From Amphiscolops sp. MND2022 (Eukaryota), in assembly GCA_964187785.1 (NCBI GenBank), contig OZ076412.1, positions 13,144,001 to 13,208,000 on the forward strand: DNA of 64,000 bases. The letters run 5' to 3'. The position numbers and the translations under genes are program-made. The notes beneath the pieces are model-generated. The model was not told the origin of the DNA, ran no database searches, and saw nothing but the letters and a program-made list of their open reading frames with translations. Below, piece by piece: positions 1-10,439 of this stretch; within the stretch, counting starts at the first letter, position 1; the number at the start of each line of letters is the position of its first letter.

Positions 1-82
1 GTTTTATCAACGGCTGATAATCAATTAATTGTGTGATATAATTGCAATCAATTGCAATGCAATTAATTTTTACCAATCCCTG
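1..82. mobile_element. Right terminus of a probable hAT-type DNA transposon/MITE, truncated by the window edge
   Basis: Ends ...ttaccaatccctg, which reads CAGGGATTGGTAAAAATTAATTGC on the reverse strand. CAGGG termini are typical of hAT. Subterminal caattg/attgca repeats are present. The partner TIR is not visible. Confidence 0.4.
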
Positions 83-404
83 TACTGAGGTATTTTGAAC
101 GCTTTAAATGATATGCAGGCAGTTCAATACAAGTCTTAACAACGCTAGAGTAGGTTCGGTTACCAATCACAAACAGCAAAGGAATCCTGCATTCAACAGA
201 AGTTCTGCTCATCAGGGGTGTGCAATATTGCACTGCAGAATTATTGTTGTCTCACAATGAATTAATTTCATTTGCCTTGGAAAATAAATAAATTATTTAA
301 ACTTTTTTCAACACAACCAATAATATAGGTCAATATACTGAATCCAATTGAATTATTAGCAACAACTGTCAAATCGCAATAACCTTCAAGGTTTCTATGA
401 CTTG

Positions 405-715
405 ATTTTAGTCGGCCCATTTTAGTAGAAATTGAGCGCGATTATTACAGTGTTCAGTTTTTTTTCGTCAGATAACAGAACGTATGCGTCTTGGACACTT
501 TTTACAGAAACTACAAAACTACTGGACATGCCAAATCCGGCCAGTGGAAACGCATCATGATTAGTGCAAAGGGTCTTTTTTTTCTTTTTTAACGTAACAT
601 ACGAAACGAACGAAACTGAATGGTCCCCGCATCTATTTTTGATATTTTGCAACAATTGACGTTAAAAATCTGAAAGTCCCCCTTTTCCATTTTTTTTCGG
701 CACTATGAGACTGTG
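405..715 (+). mobile_element. Degenerate HINE/Helentron-like family fragment
   Basis: ttttagtcggccc at about 406, then ggaaacgcatc...gcaaagggtc, tttttgatattttgcaacaa and tttttcggcactatgagactg, all shared with the full-length copies (e.g. 7571-8102, 15115-15786). Confidence 0.55.
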
Positions 716-869
716 TTCACTGCTACAGAGGAACTTCATAGTCCTCCTAAAAGAGCGTGAACTGAATGAAAAGTGAGTGAAAACTAACAGTGGATGGCCA
801 TCGCGCTGAAAAATAATTTTTGATCTCTTCTGATTGGTTGAAATAGGAAAGAATAAAATTAATTGAAGC

Positions 870-1080
870 CGTATGCTGCACAGCGTCGAACTAATTACAA
901 CGTAGTCGGCTATGGTTTAGATAGTGCACTAAATGCAGGAGCGCAGCGAAGCGGAGCGACGTGCCATTACATGACCAGCAGCTGGTTTTGACGAAGGCAG
1001 GCCTGGAGGGGCGCCCCGTAAGGAGGAAGGCCGAGTCATTGACCCAATATAAAAATAATCGCTGATATGAAATTTAACCA
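870..1080. repeat. Dispersed GC-rich core repeat, copy 1
   Basis: gtgcactaaatgcaggagcgcagcgaagcggagcgacgtgcc recurs in reverse complement at about 13500-13545 and diverged at about 56330-56385, with shared flanking blocks (cgtagtcggcta, ctggttttgacgaag, cgagtcat, ataatcgctg). Confidence 0.7.
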
Positions 1081-1098
1081 GTCTAAGTGGGACGAATT

Positions 1099-1835
1099 TC
1101 AATTTCGGCGCAATGGGAATGATTTCATTTTTCGGCACAATGAAGAAACACTCAAACTAACTACTCGGTCGATGGAGAAGACGATGCAACAAGTGCTTTC
1201 ACTGACAACAATCACCCTTCTCAGGATCATGCATTGAATGGTATTGGAGCATGCGCGGCGAACCATCTGTTCCGATTCAGAGCAAACGGTTACGTCATAG
1301 TATTCCACCGGAAGAATACTTTGCAGTGAAGAACCATAATGGTTGTGGGAAGCAACACAAATGCTCAGTCTGAAAGTAGAAGATACATATAAATACTTTT
1401 AAAAACTTTCAGTAAAACGAGCTTCTTTTGACAATCTGAAATCCGAACCGCAGAAAATTCCGAAAAAAAATATTTGGACAGTTGTGAGTATTTCTGAGGT
1501 GACCAATCATTCCTGACATGATAACTGACAAAACTTCGTAAAAAAGTATCACATGAACTAATTAATAGAAATTCTTTCATTTTATTTATGATCCAAGACA
1601 GCTTGAATTTTCCTGATTCATGAAAAAATTGAAGCATATTTGAATTGATTTCCAAACAACTTAGCTGCGGTAAAAAGAAGCTTATTGATTCATTGCAAAC
1701 TAATGTCAGATTATTGTGAATTGGTAACCTTAAAGTCTGTGACAAGGCATTGCTGTTCCGTGGATTCGGTTTGACGCTCAAATACCTGGTGCAAAGACTC
1801 GGGATCCCGTCATTTCTGGTGCTCGGATCCCACAA
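1099..1835 (-). CDS. Possible exon(s) of an uncharacterised gene
   Basis: 156-codon open frame (1365-1835) in AT-rich DNA, plus a second frame opening after a ctttcag acceptor at about 1370 (RLSICVASHNHY...LRRN*). No domain recognised. Confidence 0.25.
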
Positions 1836-2729
1836 ACTGACAACCAGAAGTTCAGAGTCGATCAGAGCGCCATTCTGACGAACGACTGATAAACACAGAA
1901 TTCACTGTAAAGAGTTCCGTACAATAATGGTAGATTCGCCTGTCAACACTGCGAAATCATCCGTCAAAATAAAATTTATCTAAGGCATGGTTAACCCGGA
2001 ATGGAGGTGGAAATTTCAGGATGCATCCAAAAATCTGGTGCTTAAACTTTAAACCGTAATACCTCCAAAACTATTTGAGTCCGACAAATGATTTATACAG
2101 CGTTCGAAAGAGGAGCATCAGGGCTTTCAAATCAATTTTCAAACTGCTGGGCTGGGGGCCCGCTAGCGGGCCCCTTGCGCGCAAATTTTTTTGCGCGAAG
2201 TCCTCCGCTGGCGTGCGGCTTCGCCGCACTGGCTCCGGACTTTGCGCCAAAACTTTGCACGCGTGGTGTCTCTGGCTGCAGTTCAGCTTGTTTTAAAACA
2301 TGCTAGGGCCCCTTTGACCTAATCTTGTCCACAGTAGTATAAAGTGGCCAAATACGAAAACAGGAAAATCGGAAATTTTGCGCTATTTTTTCTTTGATTT
2401 TTTTGGTCCCGTTTTTCTGATTTTGGAGACATCAAGTCAACAATCCGTGAAAATGCGTGCAATTCTATGTTATTTTGTCTGAAAGTCTTATTCAAGAGTT
2501 TTCTTTACCATACGGTGGGCTGGTGCCTTTAGAAGTTAGCAGATCTGAAGTGGTGCAAATACGTACCGCGATGCTAAATAGGGTTAAAACGGTACAGGTT
2601 AAAATCTCCAAGGTTAAAACCTCCGACGCCAAAATCTCCAAGGTTGGAAAAAAGCTTTCTAAGCTCAATTTGAGTGTTAGCTTCTACTGCAATTCAGAAA
2701 TAACATTTATTTTGACAAAACACAATATT

Positions 2730-2913
2730 CAGTCAAACTCGGATAAAAGAAACTCATAGGGCGGTAAGAAAAGAGTTTCGTTTACCAATAGTTTCTTTTA
2801 TCAGTTGTCCTATTAACGTAAAAAGTTTGTCTTGCATAAAAGCGGAGGAGTGAAAACGTTTCTTATATCCAAATGTTTCTTTTATCCGTGTTTCTTTTAT
2901 CCGAGTTCGACTG
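2730..2913. mobile_element. pogo/Tigger-like MITE (184 bp)
   Basis: TIRs CAGTCAAACTCGGATAAAAGAAAC and GTTTCTTTTATCCGAGTTCGACTG. No intact TA TSD. Confidence 0.75.
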
Positions 2914-2917
2914 AGAG

Positions 2918-5900
2918 TTAAAATGTCTTAGATCTGCGAACAGAACGGAACCTACTTTGCTGACTGGTGACAAGAACGAGATGTTTTTCTTTCAAAACCG
3001 CTTGCAAGCGATGAGCAGAGAAGTTCTCCCGATGCATGCTCCTCAACTTCACATTCGGTATCTTGGGAAGCAGGTTGTTTTCCAGTATTGATTCTAATAT
3101 CTCAATGAACGAGGGCAGCTTGTTGCCAATGCAAATGATGAGCCGACTATTTTTGCTCTGAAAGAATTCCGATTCCACACAGCTGACTAAAGCTCTGATC
3201 GTCGTAAAGTTTTGAGCACCAGTCACAGATTTGATTTGATTGACGATATTGTGATGATAGGAAAGAAATACAGGAGTTTGAAATCTCTTGGGGGGTTTCA
3301 ACATCATAGGGAGGAGAAAAAATCCAACTTGAGACGCTGTTTGGGCAGCTGCGAACAACATGTGAGATAATTTCAGCAAATCATCGGGATCTTCAACTGT
3401 GGCTCGGATCTGTTTCAAAACAAGACCTAGCTCTGGGTCCAGAACTGTAAGTTTGCGAGAATGCTGAGACTGCACCAATATTCGCAGATGATCCGAGTTT
3501 TGGGCCATGATGAAGAAGAAATGGAAGTTCAGTATGTAAAGCAGCTTCTTTTCGTAAGAGCTGAACTGGTAGTAAACATCACTAGAGGTATTGCTGTTTT
3601 GCTTTTCGTTGCGTAACAAAAAGGAGACTTTCTTGGGTGTTTTTGAACCATTGAGGGTACTGGTTTTAAGAACGTCTGGAGTTTGTTCCTCAGCATGAAT
3701 TTCACTGTGAGCAGGTGTTTCGGAGAAAACATGATTCATTGAGTTGCATTTTGGTTGAGAAGACGATAAGACACCCGATGCAAATGAAAAACCGCTAAAG
3801 GTTTTGGGCGTAGCTGACAATGAAATGCCATTAAGATTTTGAATCTTGGGGGTTTGAAAAGGTGACTGAACGTTGAAAAATTCAAATGCCTGATTTTGAT
3901 TTGGAGATTTCTGTTCTAGAATGAAAGATTTTCCGATACTTTGCGGATCCCATGCTTCGACTGTTGACTCGACTTTTCTCTCATCATCAAAGTAGTTTTG
4001 CTTCTCCGTGTATACAATTGTTTCGCTTTTCTGTGCATATAATTGCTTCCCCGAGAAGCTTTTCTTGACTCTAATGTCACGAATCTTCGTCTGCTCGTAA
4101 GAAACTTGATTATATTTCATGTGAACACTTCTGTCGAAATGATGATTACTTCTACCCGCTTTTTGATTGTCAGCGCAGCTTGTACTATTGGAAAATAGTT
4201 TCAATTGCGCATTTTCAACGGAGGCTCTAGCAGCTGAATCGAATGAAAGAGCTTCTACAACCGAGGAGCGTTCTATTTGTGAATCGTTCCTCATAGTCAT
4301 AGGCAATTTTCTTGGAGCCATTGCTTCAGTTGAACATTCAATTGATGTTGTTAGCTTAATGCCGTCTCGATCTGATAAATTGATCAAATCATAATTTGTA
4401 ACAGGAGTAGCAGTAGCGCCTATCAATGAACTGTAATTTTCACATTTGTCGGTGTTTTTGGAAGGAATTGGTACAGAAGCTGTGGCTACTGAAGGGCAAC
4501 GTTGTCTATTCACAATTGAAACTCTGTCTCCATTCCTGTAATTATGGAGAACATCTGAACGCTCCTCTCTGATTGGCTGACTTCCAATCGAATGCTGATC
4601 ATTAGAAGTCAAAGAAATTCTGCCCTCATTCCTGTAACTATGGAGAACATCTGAACGCTCTTCTCTGATTGGCTGGCTTCCAATCAAATGCTGATCATTA
4701 GAAGCCAATGAAATTCTGACTTCATTTCTGTAACTATGGAGAACATCTGAACGCTCTTCTCTGATTGGCTGGCTTCCAATCAAATACTGATCATTAGAAG
4801 CCAATGAATTTCTGTCCTCATTCCTGCAACTATGGAGATCATCTGAACGCTCTTCTCTGATTGGCTGGCTTCCAATCAAATGCTGATCATTAGAAGCCAA
4901 TGAATTTCTGTCCTCATTCCTGCAACTATGGAGAACATCTGAACGCTCTTCTCTGATTGGCTGGCTTCCAATCAAATGCTGATCATTAGAAGCCAATGAA
5001 TTTCTGTCTTCATTTCTGTAACTATGGAGAACATCTGAACGCTCTTCTCTGATTGGCTGGCTTCCAATCAAATGCCGATCATTAGAAGCCAATGAAATTC
5101 TGTCTTCATTTCTGTAACTATGGAGAACATCTGAACGCTCTTCTCTGATTGGCTGGCTTCCAATCAAATGCTGATCATTAGAAGCCAATGAATTTCTGTC
5201 TTCATTTCTGTAACTATGGAGAACATCTGAACGCTCTTCTCTGATTGGCTGGCTTCCAATCAAATGTTGATCATTAGAAGCCAATGAATTTCTGTCTTCA
5301 TTCCTGCAACTATGGAGAACATCTGAACGCTCTTCTCTGATTGGCTGGCTTCCAATCAAATACTGATCATTAGAAGCCAATGAATTTCTGTCCTCATTCC
5401 TGCAACTATGGAGAACATCTGAACGCTCTTCTCTGATTGGCTGGCTTCCAATCAAATGCTGATCATTAGAAGCCAATGAATTTCTGTCTTCATTTCTGTA
5501 ACTATGGAGAACATCTGAACGCTCTTCTCTGATTGGCTGGCTTCCAATCAAATGCTGATCATTAGAAGCCAATGAAATTCTGTCTTCATTTCTGTAACTA
5601 TGGAGAACATCTGAACGCTCTTCTCTGATTGGCTGGCTTCCAATCAAATGCTGATCATTAGAAGCCAATGAAATTCTGTCTTCATTTCTGTAACTATGGA
5701 GAACATCTGAACGCTCTTCTCTGATTGGCTGGCTTCCAATCAAATACTGATCATTAGAAGCCAATGAATTTCTGTCCTCATTCCTGCAACTATGGAGAAC
5801 ATCTGAACGCTCTTCTCTGATTGGCTGGCTTCCAATCAAATGCTGATCATTAGAAGCCAATGAATTTCTGTCCTCATTCCTGCAACTATGGAGAACATCT

Positions 5901-6961
5901 GAACGCTCTTCTCTGATTGGCTGGCTTCCAATCAAATACTGATCATTAGAAGCCAATGAATTTCTGTCCTCATTCCTGCAACTATGGAGAACATCTGAAC
6001 GCTCTTCTCTGATTGGCTGGCTTCCAATCAAATGCTGATCATTAGACGTCAAGGACGCTTGGTCATTTGGAGGACATGGACGATTATTCAAATCTGAGGG
6101 AGTATCAAAACAGCCCAATATGCTGTTATTGATCTTAGAGTCCGGACTTAAAAAACATGGACTTTGAGAAGGCATCTGGCTTTTCGCGGATGCTATTGTG
6201 TCATTGACTCTGGAAGAGATTTCAGGCTGGGTCGTTTCTGAAATTTGGCAAATTCTTTTTGAACTGTTTACTGAATCAGTGTCGTGAGATTTGCGCTTCT
6301 TGCAAACAAAACTGCTTTTTCCACGATTAGCAGACCAGCTCTGAAGAAGTGAAATTGGTTTCGCATCCACAGTGTTAGAAAAACTTTGAATTGTTTCTTT
6401 TGCCTGAGCAGACGCTGATTGTCGAGACTGTTCGAAGCAGCGCTTTTTGTACTCTGAGGATGAACAAGTGGTCTTTGCTTTTTCGGAAATGTTTTTACAG
6501 ATGAAGCTAGTTTTCTTTTCCGTTTCTTTGTCAATGTAGCTTTGGGGTTCAACTCCACAGTTGTTGTCATTGTTTACCAAGTTCAGATTCTCAAGAGAAC
6601 ATTCATTTGAGCCATTCGGGCGTTCCGAAAACAATCCCCTGTTGGCAAATGACGTCAACTTTTTTCCACTTCTAACCTCGATAGCGACAGTTTTTCCTTC
6701 TTCGTGAAGTTCAGAAGACAATTTCTCAAAATCAATCTTGTCCGTCTGTGTTGATTGTGAAGCTTTGTTTGTCCTGCGGAATCTATTCACTACTTGGGGC
6801 ATTTCACGACTTTTGTTAACAGGAAGTCTACTCACAACCCATATCCATTTCCGGTTTCGGCGCTTTCGGATACGAGATTTCCCTTCTACCAATGACGCAA
6901 TGTCTTCTTCGTCCGACGAAAGCCAGAGGAGATCTCGTTTTTCCTTAATCGGCGTGGGAAT
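2918..6961 (-). CDS. Giant (about 4.0 kb) probable terminal exon of an uncharacterised protein: basic/disordered N-part, 16 x 32-aa repeats, S/T/N-rich linker and a folded-looking C-terminal region of about 210 aa
   Basis: 1324-aa ORF. The frame stays open upstream to a ttgtag| acceptor at 6961 (IPTPIKEKRDLLWLSSDEEDIASLVEGK...), so the annotated start is probably not a true initiator. Ends in TAA at 2918-2920. Confidence 0.8.
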   Translation of the reverse strand: MPTPIKEKRDLLWLSSDEEDIASLVEGKSRIRKRRNRKWIWVVSRLPVNKSREMPQVVNRFRRTNKASQSTQTDKIDFEKLSSELHEEGKTVAIEVRSGKKLTSFANRGLFSERPNGSNECSLENLNLVNNDNNCGVEPQSYIDKETEKKTSFICKNISEKAKTTCSSSEYKKRCFEQSRQSASAQAKETIQSFSNTVDAKPISLLQSWSANRGKSSFVCKKRKSHDTDSVNSSKRICQISETTQPEISSRVNDTIASAKSQMPSQSPCFLSPDSKINNSILGCFDTPSDLNNRPCPPNDQASLTSNDQHLIGSQPIREERSDVLHSCRNEDRNSLASNDQYLIGSQPIREERSDVLHSCRNEDRNSLASNDQHLIGSQPIREERSDVLHSCRNEDRNSLASNDQYLIGSQPIREERSDVLHSYRNEDRISLASNDQHLIGSQPIREERSDVLHSYRNEDRISLASNDQHLIGSQPIREERSDVLHSYRNEDRNSLASNDQHLIGSQPIREERSDVLHSCRNEDRNSLASNDQYLIGSQPIREERSDVLHSCRNEDRNSLASNDQHLIGSQPIREERSDVLHSYRNEDRNSLASNDQHLIGSQPIREERSDVLHSYRNEDRISLASNDRHLIGSQPIREERSDVLHSYRNEDRNSLASNDQHLIGSQPIREERSDVLHSCRNEDRNSLASNDQHLIGSQPIREERSDDLHSCRNEDRNSLASNDQYLIGSQPIREERSDVLHSYRNEVRISLASNDQHLIGSQPIREERSDVLHSYRNEGRISLTSNDQHSIGSQPIREERSDVLHNYRNGDRVSIVNRQRCPSVATASVPIPSKNTDKCENYSSLIGATATPVTNYDLINLSDRDGIKLTTSIECSTEAMAPRKLPMTMRNDSQIERSSVVEALSFDSAARASVENAQLKLFSNSTSCADNQKAGRSNHHFDRSVHMKYNQVSYEQTKIRDIRVKKSFSGKQLYAQKSETIVYTEKQNYFDDERKVESTVEAWDPQSIGKSFILEQKSPNQNQAFEFFNVQSPFQTPKIQNLNGISLSATPKTFSGFSFASGVLSSSQPKCNSMNHVFSETPAHSEIHAEEQTPDVLKTSTLNGSKTPKKVSFLLRNEKQNSNTSSDVYYQFSSYEKKLLYILNFHFFFIMAQNSDHLRILVQSQHSRKLTVLDPELGLVLKQIRATVEDPDDLLKLSHMLFAAAQTASQVGFFLLPMMLKPPKRFQTPVFLSYHHNIVNQIKSVTGAQNFTTIRALVSCVESEFFQSKNSRLIICIGNKLPSFIEILESILENNLLPKIPNVKLRSMHRENFSAHRLQAVLKEKHLVLVTSQQSRFRSVRRSKTF
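4508..6043 (-). repeat. Coding minisatellite, 16 x 96 bp (NDQ[H/Y]LIGSQPIREERSDVLHS[C/Y]RNEDR[N/I]SLAS)
   Basis: ctgatcattagaagcc recurs at 4691, 4787 and onward with a 96-bp period. I counted 16 peptide units in the ORF translation. Variation is substitutions only. Confidence 0.97.
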
Positions 6962-7004
6962 CTACAACTACCACGATGCTATGAAACTTTGAGGAAAAGT
7001 TTTA

Positions 7005-7178
7005 CAGTGGATCCCGGATATAAGAAACCTTCTTATAAGAAAAACCCGCTAGCAGTCGATGCGTATCTTGACCCTGACTGTCAACTCAATTTCGTTTAAA
7101 ACCCGCATGTAAAAAAGTTTGCTTATAAGAAACACCACTAGTCGTTCTGCTGACGTTGATTATATTCGGGATCCATTG
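7005..7178. mobile_element. pogo/Tigger-like MITE (174 bp) with TA TSD
   Basis: TA|CAGTGGATCCCGGATATAA ... TTATATTCGGGATCCATTG|TA. Confidence 0.85.
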
Positions 7179-7570
7179 TATTACTTCTTATAACTCAGGA
7201 AAATAAAAACTTAACTTCAATTTCGAGTTTTGCTGACAGTGTACCAGCCAGCAGGATTATTCCAAGTAGTACATAAAGTAGATATAGTCACATAATATTT
7301 GATATGGAAAATTTAAGAACGGAGTTGCCCTACCCAACTTCATCGAAGTAATCCTCTATACAAAACAATATCGAAAATTACTTGTCTTGTTTCTTTCATG
7401 CTGGGGCGCGGCAATCTGGACTCGGTAGCCGGAAGTTTGGAGAGGACTAGTGGACTGACTGATTTTCCAGAACGGGCATTAGAGTTCAGCTATCGGCAGT
7501 GGTTACCAGAATATAGAATCCTATAAAAAAACTACCAAGATCCCATGAAAATGAAATTGTATAATGGTTG

Positions 7571-8102
7571 TTTTTTAGTCGGCGCCTTTTCCCTTAAGGA
7601 AAAAAGCCCGACTATTACAGTGGGTAGTTTTTTTTCTTTTTCAGCCTACAATCTCACTCTGAATGGTCCACTTTTTACAATCTGTTGTTGTTCATCTTCG
7701 ACTAAATTTCTGAAGCCGGAGAGCGGGGGTTCGATTCTCGCACTAAACCATAATATTTTTATGCTTCCAAAAGTACAGCAGGTGAGACCAAAGGGTCTAC
7801 CCTTTGGGTTTTTTTCGGCACTATGCGACTTTTTTTTCGAAAATTTTCGGACTCTATCAAAGGGTAATCCCTTGCATTTTTTTGAAGTTTTCGGTTTGTA
7901 AAAACGTTTAATGAGCCTGAATGGCCTCTTTTTGAGTTTTTCGGCATTGTACGACTTTCTAAAAAAATACTTTTTTCGAAAAAAAAATTTCAAAAAAATT
8001 TTTTTGAAAAAAAATAATTTTTCCAAATGTTTCCAATAGTTGTTCTTTGAATATTTTTGAGCCTTAGATATGGCGCCGACTTGAGACGATCCCGTCTTGT
8101 TT
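7571..8102 (+). mobile_element. Full-length HINE/Helentron-like non-autonomous element
   Basis: Left end ttttttAGTCGGCGC, right end GCGCCGACTtga-GACGatccCGTC-ttgttt (subterminal IR, hairpin, T-run). Internal B-box-like ggttcgattct near 7728. Confidence 0.75.
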
Positions 8103-8421
8103 GATAGTAAATCATATTAAAGGATCCCATGAAGGTTTGTATCTTTTTATTGGGTAGCATATTCATTGATACAAAAAGAAATGACCATGTAACAAATACT
8201 TCGTAGTGCAAATGATTTCCGATTTAAGGTTTTCATACTATTTTCGGGAGTCCGAGGTCCCCGATTAATGTTTAGCGTTTTTATTTTTTGAAAACATTCT
8301 GGCGGTTGAAAACCTAATTCTGGTCTGATTGCTTTTTGATTTAGTTGTTGCTCTCAAAGTTTGTAGAAACATCCTATATTTCAATTTTTTCCAATGATAT
8401 CATGGTATCATAGGACACTAT

Positions 8422-9316
8422 TTAGAGATTATCCACCCTATTATAAAAAAAATCCCATAGAAAAATAAGAGTAGCCACTGCCTGTTGGCTCAGAAAGGGT
8501 GAATAAAATTCAAGCTCGACTTTATTCTCGTGCGAATAAGAAGTGACAGGTACGCCTCCAGTGTCCAATTGAGGACGAACAAGACCCAAAAAATCTCGTT
8601 TTGCATTTGAAGTTGTGTCGATGGCAAACGGAAAGCAATCAAAAACAAACCGAGGAGCTGCTTTCTCTTTAAGCATTGGCTCGTGAGAAATTGAAAACTC
8701 AAACGAGTTTGGAGGGTCCATTTGTGAGGACTGCCACTCTGATTGATTCATCGGTGACTCCAGTTTCGGAACATACTTGATAACGTCTAGTCTGTAGGGC
8801 TTTAGTTTGATTTTCTCATTAACTCCAACAACATTTTTTCTTGATCTCTCTGTAACTATGGGAAGTGTTAATAGAGACAAGTCATCGGAACTTTTGCTGC
8901 TCTTGATTTTCATTCCACCAGTTCGTCTCTCTTGTAGTAGCGTCATTCTGTGATTTAACTTTACTTTGAACTTGTCTCTGAAATCAACCCCAGCTCTGAA
9001 GAACTTCTTGTAGCTGGCTCGTAGCTGTCGATTGGTTATTACGTCAGACAATCTGTCTATATTGATTCCGCACGAAAATGCCAAACCCGATGTGATATCA
9101 ATGTCTCTTGAATCAAGTGAGAGGTTGGCTTCATTGGGTTGTTCATTGACAGTGAAGCAAGATTTTCGGACAGCACCTGAGGTGTTGTTTTTCACAGTAG
9201 GTTTCATGAAGCCAGGATTTAAAAGTGAGCCAATTGGTTTTCTACTGATCGAGGGCGTCAGGGCTTCCAGTGAGTTTGAAGCCTTTCTGTCCAATTCCCC
9301 ACGAGGAACATCAAAA
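8422..9316 (-). CDS. Exon of an uncharacterised protein; its C-terminal ~80 aa are homologous to the plus-strand exons at 13935-14473
   Basis: 290-aa ORF. An in-frame stop lies just upstream (about 9322), so entry is probably by splicing (candidate aaag| at 9316). It ends at TAA 8422 or splices at AGG|gtggat in phase with the 6961 acceptor. Confidence 0.7.
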
Positions 9317-9586
9317 CTTTTTTAATAAGAGGGTATCAAACACAATTGATTGACAAAAAAAGAATAGTCAATCATGGTAATGAAAGTAACAAGACACCCA
9401 CTGAGCAGCGAGAATTTTCGGTCCCGAACTATTTCAGCAAGGGTATACGTTTAGGGCTCGAGCGTAGCCAATAAACTACAAAAATGCAAAAATTTTCCAA
9501 ACGTAAGAAGCTGAAAAGCTAAATAGCTTTGTTGTTGAACTCCATGAAAACTGATACAAAAAATTGGAAAATGTGAACGAATTTAC

Positions 9587-9769
9587 AGTCGATGGTGGAG
9601 AACAAAGAAGAAGAAAGTTTAATTTCCCCATTCCGCGGAGTAGGCCTAATAGAGAACTCTTCTGAAAGGTGCCTTTTCCGAAAAATCCCCATGGCAAGAA
9701 AGCAACAGTACCATACTCACAGCCAAGTGGTAAAACATGGTTGGCCATGGAGCTATGGCTTCGAAGTGT
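9587..9769 (-). CDS. Two small exons (9721-9769 and 9587-9661) separated by a 59-nt intron
   Basis: gttcag|ACACTTC...TGGCT|gtgagt...tttcag|AAGAGT...ACT|gtaaat. The spliced product reads HFEAIAPWPTMFYHLAKSSLLGLLRGMGKLNFLLLCSPPST. Confidence 0.5.
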
Positions 9770-10059
9770 CTGAACGCTCACCGATGCTCTTTTCATTTTT
9801 AGTCGGCGCTTTTCGAAAAACGTGCACGACTGTTACAGTGACACTTTTTTCTTGAGTCACCTCGAAGCGTTCATCTTCGGCTTCATTTTCAGAAATGTTT
9901 TTGGCTTGAAAAAAAAACGTTTTGCTCGCTTAAAGCTCATTTTTTGCACAATGGGACTTTAATTTTTTTTGGATATATCTAGCAAAAGAAATTCGGTTGA
10001 GGAGGACATTCCAGAAAAAAAATAAGATTCAATGTATTAAAATAGAAGGATAATGAAAA

Positions 10060-10410
10060 TTGTAGTCGGCCCTTTTGTATATATTTTTAAAAGTTTTAAA
10101 GACCAACGAACTGACAGATTTTATAATACTGTTTGCTGTTGCTTAGTAACTTGTAACTTCTACTGCCACTTGGCACAGAGGTTTATCAGGATGGGTTTAA
10201 ATGGACGTTGGTTGGAGTCTCGCACTGGACCAAATTTTTTTATGCTTGTAATTTCAGCTTGGTGAGACTTTTTTTGAAATTTTTTTTTGTTTCCAAAGAG
10301 TCCCCCCTTAAATATTTGATATTTCACAACAAATTGGATTTTCAAAAAGCCCAAAGGGTCCCTTCTTTTAAAATTTTCAGCTTTTTGAGATTTTTCGAAA
10401 TGATTATTTT
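10060..10410 (+). mobile_element. HINE-family fragment with tRNA-like module
   Basis: tagtcggccc, gaccaacgaactgacagattttata, ccacttggcacagagg (A-box-like) and aaagggtccc motifs, shared with 15115-15786. Confidence 0.6.
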
Positions 10411-10439
10411 TTCGTTAGATTTTCTAAACACGCTATATC

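Noticed and set aside
2918-3560. Similarity of the C-terminal domain to TASOR/FAM208 (LSYH and RLQA...HLVLVT motifs)
   Set aside because: Only two short motifs recalled from memory, and their spacing differs greatly. This needs HHpred; no name assigned.
4508-6043. CRISPR-like array
   Set aside because: Units are contiguous near-identical 96-mers with no unique spacers, lie in frame within an ORF, and there are no cas genes; the context is eukaryotic.
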